Of a stretch of DNA of 64,000 bases, positions 11,325-24,059 are shown one piece after another. This DNA comes from Ruditapes philippinarum (taxonomy: Eukaryota): contig NW_026853644.1 of NCBI RefSeq assembly GCF_026571515.1, positions 1 to 64,000 on the forward strand, read 5' to 3'. The notes under the pieces are model-generated. The model was not told where the DNA came from, did no database searches, and saw only the letters and a program-made list of their open reading frames with translations. Position numbers and translations under genes: made by a program. How positions within the stretch are numbered: position 1 is the stretch's first letter; each line of letters begins with the position of its first letter.

Positions 11325-14300
11325 TCATCACTACAATCTTCATCATCATTTCTATCATCATCATTATCATCATCATTACCACCACCACCATCATCATCAT
11401 TACCATCGTCATGGTCTTTATTATTTAAGACTCGTTTTTTTTCTGTTAGTAAAACGACCAAGTTGTCTTACGACTCGATTGTTTCCAGCTGTGAAACGAT
11501 CACAACTGACAGTATTTTAATTGTTCAAGGTCGGCCACCTTATCATGCAAGCGTCTGGAAAATCAAACTTGAAAAGAGTTTCACTAGAACTTGGCGGGAA
11601 AAGTCCGCTCATCGTCTTAGCAGACGCCAACAGTGAGTGTTTTTTTTATATATTGCATATCAAAATTCAGTACTACCTTGTCTCAATTGTGACACTTATC
11701 ACTGCCTCTGATGTGTATAAAGTATTTAAGTAAATGACTAACTAGATAGTACGAAAGACCCGTGGGGACATTTCAACTTTCTGAATTCCCGATTTCATCT
11801 CTGTGAAATCAAGTTTTCAACATACGGAATTCTTTAAACTTCATGAATTTGCGAATATGAAATCGTTAATTCCTTAAGTTGAAATCGTGAAGTTCAAAAT
11901 GTGAATTATGAAGTTTAAAAAGTGAATTCATATAGTTGAAATCATGAATTCGCGAAGTTGAAATAGTAAAGCCATGGATTTGAAATATTGAATTCATGAC
12001 GTTGAAATCGTGAGTTCACGAAGCTGAAATCGTGAATTCATGAAATTGAAATTGTGAATTCGTTAAAATCCAGAAGTTGAAATGTCATCACCGGTATTTC
12101 GTAAGATAACTAACTATTTCTCAGTGAGTTAAATACACTTGCTGACTTGTTTATGTTTATGTGTTCAAGTAGTTCGTGCTATATACAATGTATATAATTA
12201 TGAAATGAAGTACAAGTACATGTAGTTGTTATATAAGACGATTATGAATGAACAAAACAAACAACATCACAAAAAAATCCAACAGTATATATAAAAAGCA
12301 ACGAAAAGTATTAAAAATCAAAGCACAGAAGGCGCTGAATTTTGTTTGGGTCTCAGAATGTCAAAAAGGTGAAGGTTGTGAGATTATAAACCAATTTGTT
12401 TTTGTATAGTGCCACCAATGCTTTCCAGCGTTTTAATTGTAGTAAATTGGCTATAAGACTAATTGCAACACTGATATTCAATCCAATGTTTATTTGACCT
12501 AAACAATTTGAAAAAAAATGAGTTGCCTTTAAAAGGATTTGAACTCCAGACCTCTCGCTTCCTGCTTCTTAAGCGAGCGCGCAAACCCCTCGGCCACGGA
12601 GAATTTATATATTTAGTACCTGAAGAAAACCATATTATTCTAAATTAGGGTTTGTAACGACGCTAACTGTTGTTTAACACAGATGTAAATAATCATGGAG
12701 CTTACTATAAGCATGTATATCTATAATGAATAAAACAATATTAGTAATCTTCGACCATTCGGGAATTATTTTGCTTGAAAATAAATGCGCCTGTCATTTG
12801 ACCATCTTTACGCAGTGATCTCCCCTGAATTTTTCGGCGTTAGTGTACATATAAAGGGAAGTAACCGCTTCAAAAAAGTGAACTACTTTCGGCAATTGCA
12901 ATTAACAGCATTAGAGTCTGAAATTTCGCTACCATTATTTGTTTGGTCTGACAAATAAACAAATAAAAATAGAATGAAAGACAATGAAGATGAAGATACA
13001 AATATTATATCTTTCGATTAATTTACAACTTTGCTTCAATTTTTACATTTGACATAAGATGATGAAATATCCATCATTTGTAGAAGATGAATGCAAGCTT
13101 ATGTAATTACTATGTGAATAATATCTGATCTATATACCGGACATTTGAATACGATTTTCTGCTCATATATATGTACTTAAATTAAAAGTTGTATACATGT
13201 TTGAATAAAATATATCCTGTGTATCTAAATGAAATACGTAATGATTATCGTCATCGGAAAATGATCATTCAGATTTTCTACTCCTTTATTTTTCTTGATG
13301 ATACATTTCCTTATTATGTTCATAAAAATCAAGCCCAGCAAGTTCAAACGTGAGAATTTGATCATAAAAATAAAATTCTATCTAGGAATAGTTCTGTGTT
13401 TTATTGATTTGTACTTGCAGAAAATTGCGCACTGACAAATTACCTAGATTCTATTTATAATACGAGATTTAGGCTTAAAGCAGTATGCCTGTTGTAAAAT
13501 GAACAAAGAAAGTAATTTACACATGACACTTACAAGCAATGTAAAACACCAAAAAGAGGTTAAATTATGCCAAAAAATAGCCCATACTGCGTTAGTCACG
13601 CAGAAGAAATACGGTGATAAATACTTCAATATCAGTCATTAATCACACGTAACTTGAATCTTGAATCCTTCTTAAAGGGACTTCACTGAGGTCTTTTGAC
13701 ATGATGGGGCTGAAAATATTTTTTCCTGATAAATGTATCATTTGATGTAGGTTTAGACCACTAATCTTAGTGCAAAACTTCAGATCATTCGCGCACTTCG
13801 TTTTTCCAGAATAATTATTCAAATTGTAAAAAAGTGACTTAAAATGAAAAGCGTTTAAACGCTTTTCACCCAAATCGGTCTATGAAAAGCATAAAAATTC
13901 GATTTTCAATTTGTTTCAAAGTATATTTCTTAACTATCTTTGCATATATTTCTGTTTAAAGTGCCCAGCTCATTTATGTAAGAAATTCAAATGTTATGTT
14001 TTTAGGTTTACAAACCTCAGTGGAGTCCCTTTAAATTCTATGTACATTTTTCTCAAGCTTGAAGTTTTTGAAATATTTTGGCTCATCTGGATGTATGCAG
14101 CTTTAAAGATAATTAAAACCTGTATAAAGATCGTTTGAAAATATCCGATTGATCTCTTTTTTATATGTTTATATATTTTTATGAGTTTGTCTTTTATGAA
14201 CATATCTTTATCAATATGAGTTATGCACCTGGCTGCATTACAGAAGTGTTTAAATGATAATAAATTGACTTAAATATCGCATGTTACTGTTGTGATGAGC

Positions 14301-17300
14301 GGATGAAAGCCTTTGAAGATTCTTGAAACTTTCATTTAAGCAGTATAGTGTGCTTAATTGTGGTTACTATGGAATAAGAAAATGCGCTCATCGTTTAAAT
14401 CTTAAGGTCGTGTATTACTTATCGTAGAAACAGATGTTCTAGTGAGAGGTGTATACACCTTTTTTAGTTAGAAATATTCTGTTAATCCGGATCTATTTGA
14501 ATTATGTATAACGTAATTTTTCTTTGCATCTTGATAATTAAATTTAGATTTCAGTGGCATTTTTACACGTTGGATAACAGCTATATGATCATGTGGTATT
14601 TCCCCTTAGGGTCAATGAGTTTGATAACTTCTTCTTTCCTTTAATTTTGTACCCAGAAACCTTTTGCTTTAAATACATATATACATGTTTTAATATATAG
14701 AATAAAAAAATCAGAGGCAGACCAAATAAGTTTTTGGAGATACATGTATAATAATAACAACAGTTCAATATTGTTATTATTGATCTATTGCTCATTGAAG
14801 AAGAACCCCCCCCCCCGAAAAAAAAACAAAAAAAAAACAACACTTTATTATTATAGATACATTGTAACACAAATTGAATGTTTAGTGTTGTTACTAAAAC
14901 AATTAAAAGAAATCGAATAAAACTGATAATATATGACGAATGAATTAAATACATATCCTGGAGTAAGATTCTACGCGGAGATTTTTTTCCTTTTTTGTAC
15001 ATATGTTCTATGGGTTACATAGAAGAAAAATCAGGTTTCAAAAATAGGGGTCACCATGCTCGTTTTTTCACAATGTCGTTTTTTCAAGGGCCATTACTCT
15101 GTATGTCTTTAAAAAATGATATTCAGACAATTATAATCAATAATTGTAATAAAAGACAAGAAAATACATAAAAGTCATGATTTCTTCTTCAAATTATATT
15201 TATTGAGCATTTTAAAATACAACAGATATAAAAATCAGTACATTTTGGGTAAAAATTTTGGGATCACTTTTTAGTCGATGATGCGGCGATGTGGGCTCAT
15301 GCTGCAGTCATGACCAATCACGGCCAAAATTGTTGTGCGGGGTCAAGAACGTATGTGGAGGCTTCAATATATGATGAATTTGTAGATAAATGTAAAAACA
15401 TGGCATCATTCAGGCAGGTCGGGGATCCATTTGATGCACTGACTCAACAAGGACCTCAGGTAAACACACATGTTGATCGCTTTAACAGTTACAGTATTAA
15501 ACATTGATTTACGGCTTAAACCAAAGCTTAGCGGTCAAGAAACAATAAATTATTACCGATCTTTAGTAGATCCAATTAAAGAATATCCGCGGTTTTCCCC
15601 GCTAAGTTTTGATATATACAGTGCCTTGTTGATTTCATTCCGTTTCTATGTTTAAAAACAACATGCCAAAATTCTTCTTGTAGTTTCTTTAGTAATGACG
15701 CAAACTATAAAGTTTGACACATATTGAAAACTCAAATATCCAATTTGGTGTTACACTCAATTAAATCAATTACAGTTGATCCCATGTTTTTCGACATATT
15801 GACTCTTCCATGATAAAGAATGTTTGCGCTTGTCAACATATTTCGGAAGAATGCTATAGACAAATTAACATGTATACAACTGTAAACAGTGTGTTTACTC
15901 CATTTGAATCAGTAAACTGCGTTTTAGTCTTGGTTCTAAATTAAAACTTTATCCGAAACTTTTTTTCTGTAAATAAATTGACGAAACATTCAATTCTGAA
16001 TTGCAAATATTGAATTGAAAAGTTAACACTGTCAGTAGCTCTATTTTTCAAATTCTTTGCTAAATATTTATGGGAGTCATTATTAACCTTTCACTTATAG
16101 ATACATCTATTTGATGTTAAGAAGTAAGGAAGCTTCAAAGGTTAGTCTTAGTAGCCATGGTTTTAAAATTCGTTCTTTGACAATTGTATATAATTCATTT
16201 ATTGGTACACTACATACACAACTGATAATGTAAATACTCATTTTCTCATACCATTTAATTATTTTCTTATCATATCGTTTAGATCAGCGAGGAACAATTA
16301 AACAAGATACTTGGACTAATCGAGACAGGTAAAAAAGAGGGTGCCAAACTAGAATTTGGCGGTGAAAGGTCTGGCGAGGAAGGTTACTTCGTGCAGCCGA
16401 CTGTGTTCTCAGATGTCAAGGACGATATGACCATTGCAAAAGAAGAGGTAAAACTTATTTGAAATTGTTAAAGATGAGAATGAAATATTTGTCGATAGAT
16501 GGGATAGTTTTTCAGATTTTTTTTTTTATGAAAAAAAAATAAATTTGTATGTTTTATAATGAAAGTTGTCGAAAAATAGATTTTTTTATAAAAAATTTCA
16601 ATACATTTGTCGAAATGTGGGAAAGGTTGTTTCTAATACGAAATTCTGAAAGAGGATTTTTGATGTATTCAAAATGTTAATGTCTTATAAACTACAATCT
16701 GACTAAAGTTCAGATCTACTTATTATGTATCATGATATATTTCAGATTTTTGGCCCAGTGCAGTCCATTATCAAGTTTACAGATATTAATGACGTCATTG
16801 AACGTGCAAATAATTCTAAATATGGTCTGGCAGCAGGTGTAATGACGAAAGATATTAACAAAGCATTGATGATGTCACAGAACTTAGAGGCCGGAAGCGT
16901 TTGGTACAGATAGTTCAATTTTGCTGCAATCTTGGTTTCTTTCTATTCATTAACCCATTACTTCATATACACGCCTTTTAACGCCTTTTTCACCCCCCCC
17001 CCCTTTTTTGTTGTCTCAAATGATGAAAAAATGCCTTATTTAGGCCCCAAACACTTGTTTTTGTTTAAGAAATGTTGTTAAAAAAAGTGACCTCTTTTTC
17101 GGCGCGGCCCCCCAACCAAAAGATACATCAGGGGGTTGCCAGAAGGGGGATGTGCCCCCTTCTGTTTGGGGGGGTTTGAAGGGGGGCGGAGTCCCCCTCA
17201 TCGCCAAGAAAATTTTGGACTTGTGAGAGGCTGTAAATGACCCCAGATTGATCATAAGGTAACGTGTAACCAACGCTGAAAAGCATTTGACTCTATCTCA

Positions 17301-20080
17301 ATCCATTGAGAAGTTGCAGCACTTTGAAATCAATTTTGATGGAAAAAATCAACGCAAAATAGTGATTTTTGGCAATTTTGAGATGTCCCCTCGTTGCCAT
17401 GGTAACAGAAAATTTAAGCCTGAGCATGTTGTTGCAAGGGCAATGGTCCAGTCAACATTTGTGCCAAGTTTGATTAGTGTTGGAGCAGTTTTTATAGTAT
17501 TATAGCAATTTGAACTTGTAACGGGAGACTTTTCAATGAAAACAGCCATTTTTCACAAAATGCTCATGAAGCAATGGGTTAAGCATTTTTATGTTACGCA
17601 AAATGTCCCCTTGACATTAGCAACTATTTCAATAACAATATTCTTCAAATCTAGCCTGGATCTACATTATCAAAGTATATGAGACAGAGAACCAGACTCT
17701 GTTCAAATGTGACATTGAATCTGTTATAAACATGCCTCATTTTGTCCAAACAAGGTCAATAAAGAACGAAATACAGCCACTAGGTTTGTCGCAAATTATT
17801 TGAATAATGATGTAAAAATATCTATTAAACAATTAAAATAAAAACACGAGTTTTCATTTTGCGGTAATGCTACAACTATATTGGTATTTTAGGGTAAATT
17901 GTTACGATATACTGAAGGCACAGACGCCGTTTGGAGGTTTCAAACAGAGTGGTCATGGAAGAGAACTGTAAGTTACATAGTGAATGAAAAGCGTATCATG
18001 TTTATACAATACATGTTATTCAATAGCCCAAAGTATGCATTTTTAGACAACAACAACAACAAACATTTATTCGCTGTAAGGCCACCGGCCCATGCAAAGA
18101 ATATATACAATTACAAACATTTTAATAAAGCATAGCATGTGTATGATAATAGGTAATATTTACAATTCTTGTATATATCGTTTTCTTCTTTCAAATGCAT
18201 AATATAAATACATTGCAACAGATTTTATAAGTTCTTCATTTTTAGTTGACATGATGATATTAAATTTATTAATATTTGGTTGAGTAAAATATTTCAAAGG
18301 TATGTATGCTGCACGTAAATCAGAATAATAATTACAGTTTAACAAGAAATGATATTCACCCTCCACAGTATTAGTATCACATAATTTGCATATTCTATTT
18401 TCTCTTATTGTATTATTATATCTCCCTTTTTCAACTTCCAGATCATGACTACCAATTCTAAAATTTACATATGTATACAGAAACTTCCTGAGATTAAGAA
18501 TATCAATATATCTTTCAAATATAAATTCCCTTTTGAAGGTTTTATATAGTTGCAACTTTGAATTTGTATTTAAACTTTCATTCCACTCCTGTAGACTTGT
18601 ATCTTTTAGTCTAGTTTCAGAATTTCTCAAATAGCCCAAAGTATGCATTTTTAGACAATATTATAGATTAAAATACTTCTTTTCTTTTGATATAACTACT
18701 GAATTATAATATATTTATCTTTCAATAGATAATGGACATACATGTACATGTTTTGGTTTTGTAAATCACCAGATAATGTTTCTTAGGATATACACTTTAC
18801 GTAGGCAGTTTTATTATTACATCCCCATGTGGCTGAGGGGTTTCCTTAACAGGTTAAGTCAAAATAATTACAGCCACCGTTTATCCCTGCATGATCGTAA
18901 GATGCAACTAAATGGGTTCGAATAACTGGAGTCTATGCATCTCTTAGCTCTAGCAGGTGAGATTGCTTTGACCCCTAAGTTTGTTAAGCCAAATCATCTT
19001 TCCTGTTTCGGTGCCATGTGACCTAAATTGTGTTGGTGCTAGAAATCAGTTTTCCCCTCGTAATTTTATGTTGCATTTCACTTTCTTTGAATATAGAACA
19101 AATTATTAGGTCTAAAAGAATTTTAATATCAAAATGCAGGCTAAAACTTTACAGTTTTGTGGTGCAAGGTGGCCTAGCTGGCGCGAACCTGGTAGCATAG
19201 ACCTCACACGCGATCACTAGGTTGCGGTTGTGGATTTTTTTATAATCATGAACTTTTTTAAGAGACCTGTGAGCAATAAGTAAAATTACTGTACTCTGGT
19301 TCCCTTCGCAGCCTCATATATTATTGCCAGGGGCAGGTTATTCAGACAAGTCTTCCGACATATATGTTTATATAATTATATGTTTATTTCAGGGGCGAAT
19401 ATGCATTACATGAATATACTGAGATAAAAACGGTAAGTCGGTGTTTTAAGTTAATTAGAATGTAAATGTTTATAGAATTTTGACAGCTTTAATATTAATA
19501 ACCCAGATAAATTTAAGGGGGCGTCCGTTAGTTAAAGTTGTCGAGTCCAAACCACTTGCCATTCACCATTGTAGTTTCTACCCGCGCAAGCGTTCTCGGA
19601 TTATATCATGTGAGCAAGCTATCCAACTAGCTTACGGAACGTCGGTGGTTCTACTCAGGTGCTGGTTTGTGCCCACAGTAACGCACAGAGGGTCACCTGT
19701 GGTCTTCCGCCATCAATAAAGCTGGACAGTCACCATATGACCTATACTGTGTTGGTACAACTTAAAACCCAAATAAAAAAGAGATAAAGTTGAGGTGCTT
19801 GCACACAATGATGCAAATTAGAAGTAAATGCTATTATTGTCAATGTATTATTAATAACAAGCGCACAATGATTTGTGATTCAAATATTTAAAATCTGATT
19901 CAAGTACTTTTCTTACACCGTATTTTTAACATGCAGATTTCCTAATTGACAAGTCGCTTATTCTTATTTAAAAAAGATCGTACATTTTAACTGTTTTCTT
20001 TTTAAGACAGAAAAAAAACCAAATAATGATTCATTTCTATTTTGCAGGTCACTATAAACTTTCCTGAGAAAAACCTGTAA
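4839..20080 (+). CDS. ALDH1A: Aldehyde dehydrogenase, class 1/2 (ALDH1A-like), 14 coding exons, 492 aa
   Basis: Exons 4839-4880, 7084-7188, 7941-8081, 8268-8394, 8592-8653, 9911-10039, 10622-10735, 11530-11632, 15275-15459, 16283-16447, 16746-16903, 17893-17967, 19393-19432, 20048-20080. All introns are GT..AG, phases are consistent, total 1479 nt. Motifs: [52 protein letters not shown] (catalytic Glu), GQNCCAGSR (catalytic Cys), [16 protein letters not shown]. Family call is firm; the 1A subfamily call rests on intron positions and the absence of a visible transit peptide. Confidence 0.95.
4987..5899. mobile_element. 913-bp foldback/MITE (hAT- or P-type ends) in the first intron after the ALDH start codon
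   Basis: Arms 4987-5418 and 5467-5899 are near-perfect reverse complements. Termini CACAGACG..CGTCTGTG; 8-bp TSD ACTAAACA at 4979-4986 and 5900-5907. Confidence 0.92.
6536..7062 (+). repeat. AT-rich minisatellite, 17-bp unit ATCATAAGTTAATTGAT with a 22-bp variant
   Basis: Tandem AAGTTAATTGA cores with a higher-order pattern including CACATCATGAG. Confidence 0.9.
8841..9786 (+). mobile_element. Helentron-associated non-autonomous element (HINE/DTC84-like)
   Basis: Starts TTTTAGCTCGACTTTT, then a (GGCGTC)n microsatellite and internal repeats of about 175 bp (CTTGGTTAAGTTTTT at about 8928, 9103, 9429). Subterminal inverted repeat AAAAGTCGAGC, a short hairpin and a CTTGTT end. Confidence 0.8.
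10860..11110. mobile_element. Palindromic MITE, copy 2
   Basis: ATGAGCCGCGTCACGACAAAACCAA...TTGGTTTTGTCGTGACACGGCTCAT; same family as 3793-4026. Confidence 0.85.
11281..11412 (+). repeat. (CAT)n/(CAC)n microsatellite
   Basis: Intronic trinucleotide run; explains the poly-His and poly-Asp ORFs. Confidence 0.95.
11750..12103. mobile_element. Short IS3EU-like non-autonomous element with internal 21-bp periodic repeats
   Basis: TIR TACGAAAGACCCGTGGGGACATTTCAACTT versus reverse complement TACGAAATACCGGTGATGACATTTCAACTT. Flanks AGATAG/AGATAA (6-bp TSD, one mismatch). Internal GTTGAAATCGTGAATTCATGA-like units. Confidence 0.75.
12528..12601 (-). mobile_element. tRNA-like SINE head fragment
   Basis: Minus strand reads TCCGTGGCCGAGGGG (A-box) ... 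GGAGTTCAAATCC (B-box); no complete cloverleaf. Confidence 0.45.
13676..14030. mobile_element. Kolobok-like MITE
   Basis: TTAA|AGGGACTTCACTGAGGT ... ACCTCAGTGGAGTCCCT|TTAA: 17-bp TIR with one mismatch, RR..YY ends and a TTAA TSD. Confidence 0.8.
16954..17578. mobile_element. piggyBac-like MITE
   Basis: TTAA|CCCATTACTTCAT ... ATGAAGCAATGGG|TTAA: 13-bp TIR with one mismatch and CCC..GGG ends. Confidence 0.8.
18051..18629 (-). mobile_element. 5'-truncated non-LTR retrotransposon (RTEX-like 3' end)
   Basis: ORF 18160-18648 has [41 protein letters not shown], typical of a post-RT C-terminus. AATAAA and a (TTG)n tail follow. 29-bp direct repeat AATAGCCCAAAGTATGCATTTTTAGACAA at 18022-18050 and 18630-18658. 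Confidence 0.85.
18875..19075 (+). mobile_element. Degenerate SINE remnant (Nin/Deu-like domain)
   Basis: CCCTGCATGATCGTAAGATGCAACTAAATGGG resembles the GTCGTAAGAGGCGACTAA core of Nin/Deu SINEs. Confidence 0.4.
19516..19778 (+). mobile_element. V-domain SINE (RUDI-like), old copy
   Basis: TGTGAGCAAGCTATCCAACTAGCTTACGGAACGTCGGTGGTTCTACTCAGGTGC...; homologous to the copies at 31263-31602 and 41832-41953. Confidence 0.75.
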
Positions 20081-20505
20081 ATAATGGGTGCAGTTTCTAT
20101 TGTCTTAACATCTATTTACTACGTAATTATATCCAAGAAAACTTTACCGTTTGAGAGAATGAAATCATCAGGTATCCTAGCGGATGCATCTCCTGATTCA
20201 CTGATTGTGAAGGTGTTTCCCTATTCCCGCGGCGCTTTGATTTATACAGATTTATATCTACCTCAATCAAAAACAATTAAAAGTTAAATAACCCGGATTT
20301 GTTATGTTTTTTTTTTTGTTGTTGCTTATTTCATTTAAATGGAACTTATTCTTATCGTTTATCTCGTTTATAGATGTACTGTCTAATATTTGTATAAGAT
20401 ATTAATTGTGTTGTATATAAAAAATTCACAAAATTCAATCATGTTTAAATAGGAAGTGGAATAAGAACGTAAACTGAAATTGTTCGTTTTCTGTTAAATT
20501 TAGTG

Positions 20506-20608
20506 AATGAGTGAGTGTGAGTGAGTGAGTGTGAGTGAGTGAGCGAGTGTGTGAGCAAGTGAGTGAGTGAGTGAGTGACTGCCTGACTGACTGACTGACT
20601 GACTGAGT
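20506..20608 (+). repeat. (GTGA)n(CTGA)n compound microsatellite downstream of the ALDH stop
   Basis: Directly visible tetranucleotide runs. Confidence 0.9.
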
Positions 20609-23600
20609 TAGTTATTTGACACAATGTAAAGAGGAGTATTTTTATAAGAATCAAAAGTGACTCCTCACAATTTAACAGCTGTTAGTTTAGACAGTTTTTA
20701 TTTCATATATTTCAAACATATACTTTTATGTACAACAACATGATATCAAACAGGACTGAAAAAGGAACTCAACGATTTATGTAAATTTCTTTCCTGTAAA
20801 TAGTAAAAGTGTTTATTGATGATTTCATAAGATACAGGAAACATCAAAATTTATAAGTGTTAATATTACAAAAAAGAAAGAAAGAAAAAGGAATCAAAAC
20901 TGGCCGTATGTGTGAAAAAGACAAAGTTGTAATGATTTCATAAATATTGATGTTATTTATAAAGTTTAAGAATTACAAGTACATGTTTGATGTTTATTTG
21001 TTAATATACATGTATACTTGTCAATATAGTATTTGTTTGATAAATATAATATAATTGTACGTGCATATCTTACTGACACGAAATAAAGTTAGTCTCGACT
21101 TAACACTAAAACAAAACATCTATTTTTTCAACTGAATATTTTCATATGAAGTGTTTTGTCAACTTAACACGTATCTCTCATTTACTTATTGTTTGTTGTT
21201 GTTTTTTATTCTGAATTAAACAATTAGGTCTATATTTATTATGATTCAGAGGAAACGAAAAAATGTATATGGAAACTAGAGGTCAATTGTTTTAGTCAAT
21301 AGGATATATACACAAAATGATTTGATCGTAGTGACACCAGGAAGTCACTATGACGAGATCACTTGTCCGGGTGCTAAATAATTGAAACATCAAAAGTTTT
21401 TTTTATCTATAACTGTGTCGCATGATTACACCTCAAACCAACTTTGATTTTTTTTAATCCGGTAGCCATACTCCAAACCAATCAAGATAGTTTGTTTTCT
21501 CTTCAAAGTCCCATATTTTTGTTTTATATTAAACGTGACGATTGAGTGTGAGTCAATTTGAAAGACTATGAATGAGTAATTTATAAGCCCCTACACCATG
21601 TAACAATGCACTTCTTATTCGTCTACGTTCACAAACAATGGTTGGATCATTCAGGAGTACAGACACCATGATTGGCCATTAGTTGTTTAAAACTTTTTTC
21701 AATGTTTTCAATGCCAAACCCTTTATTAGGAGAATATACGATGAAAAAATAAAATAGAAAGAAAATTGAACAAAGTGGTCTGTAATATATATATACAATA
21801 CCAAATAAAATGAAGTATAAAAATATCAGAATATTTACAGGGAAATCGAAAACATGAAATAAATAAAAAAGCGGAAAAAGTGGCAGGCTGTTGTCTCGCC
21901 AATACCACACATGCGAGGTTGTCCAGCCAATACCACTCGTGTGAGGAAAAAACAACAAATCATGCAATAAAATCTGCCAAAAATATGAAAATGATAGCAT
22001 CGCATAATACCAACCACGTGTGTTAGGCCTCTTGATGGCAATCATTTCTTGACATTGTATAAGTTGCGCAAGGAAACAAGTGCTTAAGTCCCACATCAAC
22101 CCCGACTGCCGGCTTTTTAATACCCGTCTTCCGAATTTCCTTTTGGAAAACCTCGTTAAAAAGTCACGTAACATGTATATACTAGTATAAACAATTTATT
22201 CTATTTTTAATCTATTTTTCTTGTCACTTTGACTCAAAATTCAAACAAAGACTGTGACATTTGTAGAATTATGTGCAATATATATATTTTCAATAAATAT
22301 ATTTTCTTCATAAATAAAAAAACAACAACATCGTTTTCTCTCAAGCATATCATCGCAATTTTATTGCGTTGACATGGCGATGACGATGGCATTTATAACA
22401 ATCGTGGTTCAAATGACGAACAGTATGTACATACATATAATATTCCAAAACCTTATGAAGTGCAACCGTACAGATGTAATATGCAAATTCTACCCCATAT
22501 GTTTCATCCGTGCATCTTTAATAAAGACGTTAATAGGATGCATCTTTTTCTTATTCAGTTATTCTGAGGTGTACCACAAGGGTCGATCCTAGCTTGGTCG
22601 GCTTCTGTTTCTTATATATTTCAACATGTAGACTGGTGTCTAGAAAAAAACTTGTTATGTGACGATGATTCTGGTATTATTGCTTCTGATCAAATCAGAT
22701 ATATTCGGCTCTAATTGAAGATCAGCAGCTGGTTAGTTAATGGTAGGATCTGTAAACAACCTTCATTTCTTCTCGGTAAGACTGAGTCAATATTATTTGA
22801 TTCTGAACATAAAGGCTTAGGTAATATTTCTCTGTTGATATTTTGTGTAATCACCTGACATCAAAGGTGCATCTTCTGTGTCCTACCTTAGTGCTGCTAT
22901 TGATCAAACTCCGTAATTTAATTCTATGGCTGGAAAAGTGTTACCAAAATCAAAAATCTATACGACAAAATTGAAAATGTTGCAGGCTCGGTTTGATTGT
23001 GCCTGTTACATGACGGTACAGAAAATTTCAAGCATTGGTAAAAGATGAACATGATTTATAGATAAACTAGAGACAATACTACAGTGAATCACTTTAAAAC
23101 ATAACAGTTACATATATAGTTATACACCTATTTTAATTTTTTATTATTAGGCAGTTATATACAAGGGACGCAACTTTGCTGTCTTCTCCTATAACAGTTT
23201 ATGAATCTGAACTTCAACCTTTTAGTTTGGCCATACTTTAGATTAAAGTGTCAAATTAAGCTGATATGACTTTACATGTATATATTCCAAAATGTTGACT
23301 TAAAATTGTGATCGACCAACAGTTGATATGGATAAGGGATAAAATACATCTGCCTTATTTATAAAAAAACTGCCGAGGTCTTTCTAAATTGAATGTTACA
23401 GGTAATTTTTTATGGATACTTTAAGAAGTATCCTTGAATCGCGTAAATTATAAAATTGAGATGGACTATGGCAAATGAAAACTAATTTTGATAAGATGGG
23501 CATTATGTCACTTAAATATTATGGAATTAAATAATTTGCTTATGAAAATACACATCCATGTCAAAATACGAGAACTGGCTGAGCGTTAATGCATCATACA

Positions 23601-23894
23601 TCAGTTTGAGAAAACATATGGCATTGATATATTAATTTCATACTGGATATCTGTTTTCGATATAATTATATCACATTTTATTAATATAAAAAAGGATAAA
23701 TAGCACATTTATTAATATAAAAAGATCAATATCATATTTTATTAATATTAAAAGGATAAATACCAGATTTTTTTAATATAAAAATGGACTGACTCTGTGT
23801 GTTGAGCATTCGTTGCAATATATTTTTAAAATGAAATTTGAAGATTCGTAGTTGAAGAAGTTTCGATTAGATACACAAAACTTATACACTATCT

Positions 23895-24059
23895 NNNNNN
23901 NNNNNNNNNNNNNNNNNNNNNNNNNNNNNNNNNNNNNNNNNNNNNNNNNNNNNNNNNNNNNNNNNNNNNNNNNNNNNNNNNNNNNNNNNNNNNNNNNNNN
24001 NNNNNNNNNNNNNNNNNNNNNNNNNNNNNNNNNNNNNNNNNNNNNNNNNNNNNNNNNNN
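23895..24059. other. Assembly gap
   Basis: Run of N. Confidence 1.

Noticed and set aside
11167-11520. Poly-His and poly-Asp ORFs
   Set aside because: Intronic (CAT)n microsatellite.
18160-18648. 162-aa ORF as a nested antisense gene
   Set aside because: Truncated LINE C-terminus; the start codon derives from the TSD.
21647-22174. 175-aa minus-strand ORF
   Set aside because: Low-complexity F/I/L-rich translation of A-rich sequence, no motifs.
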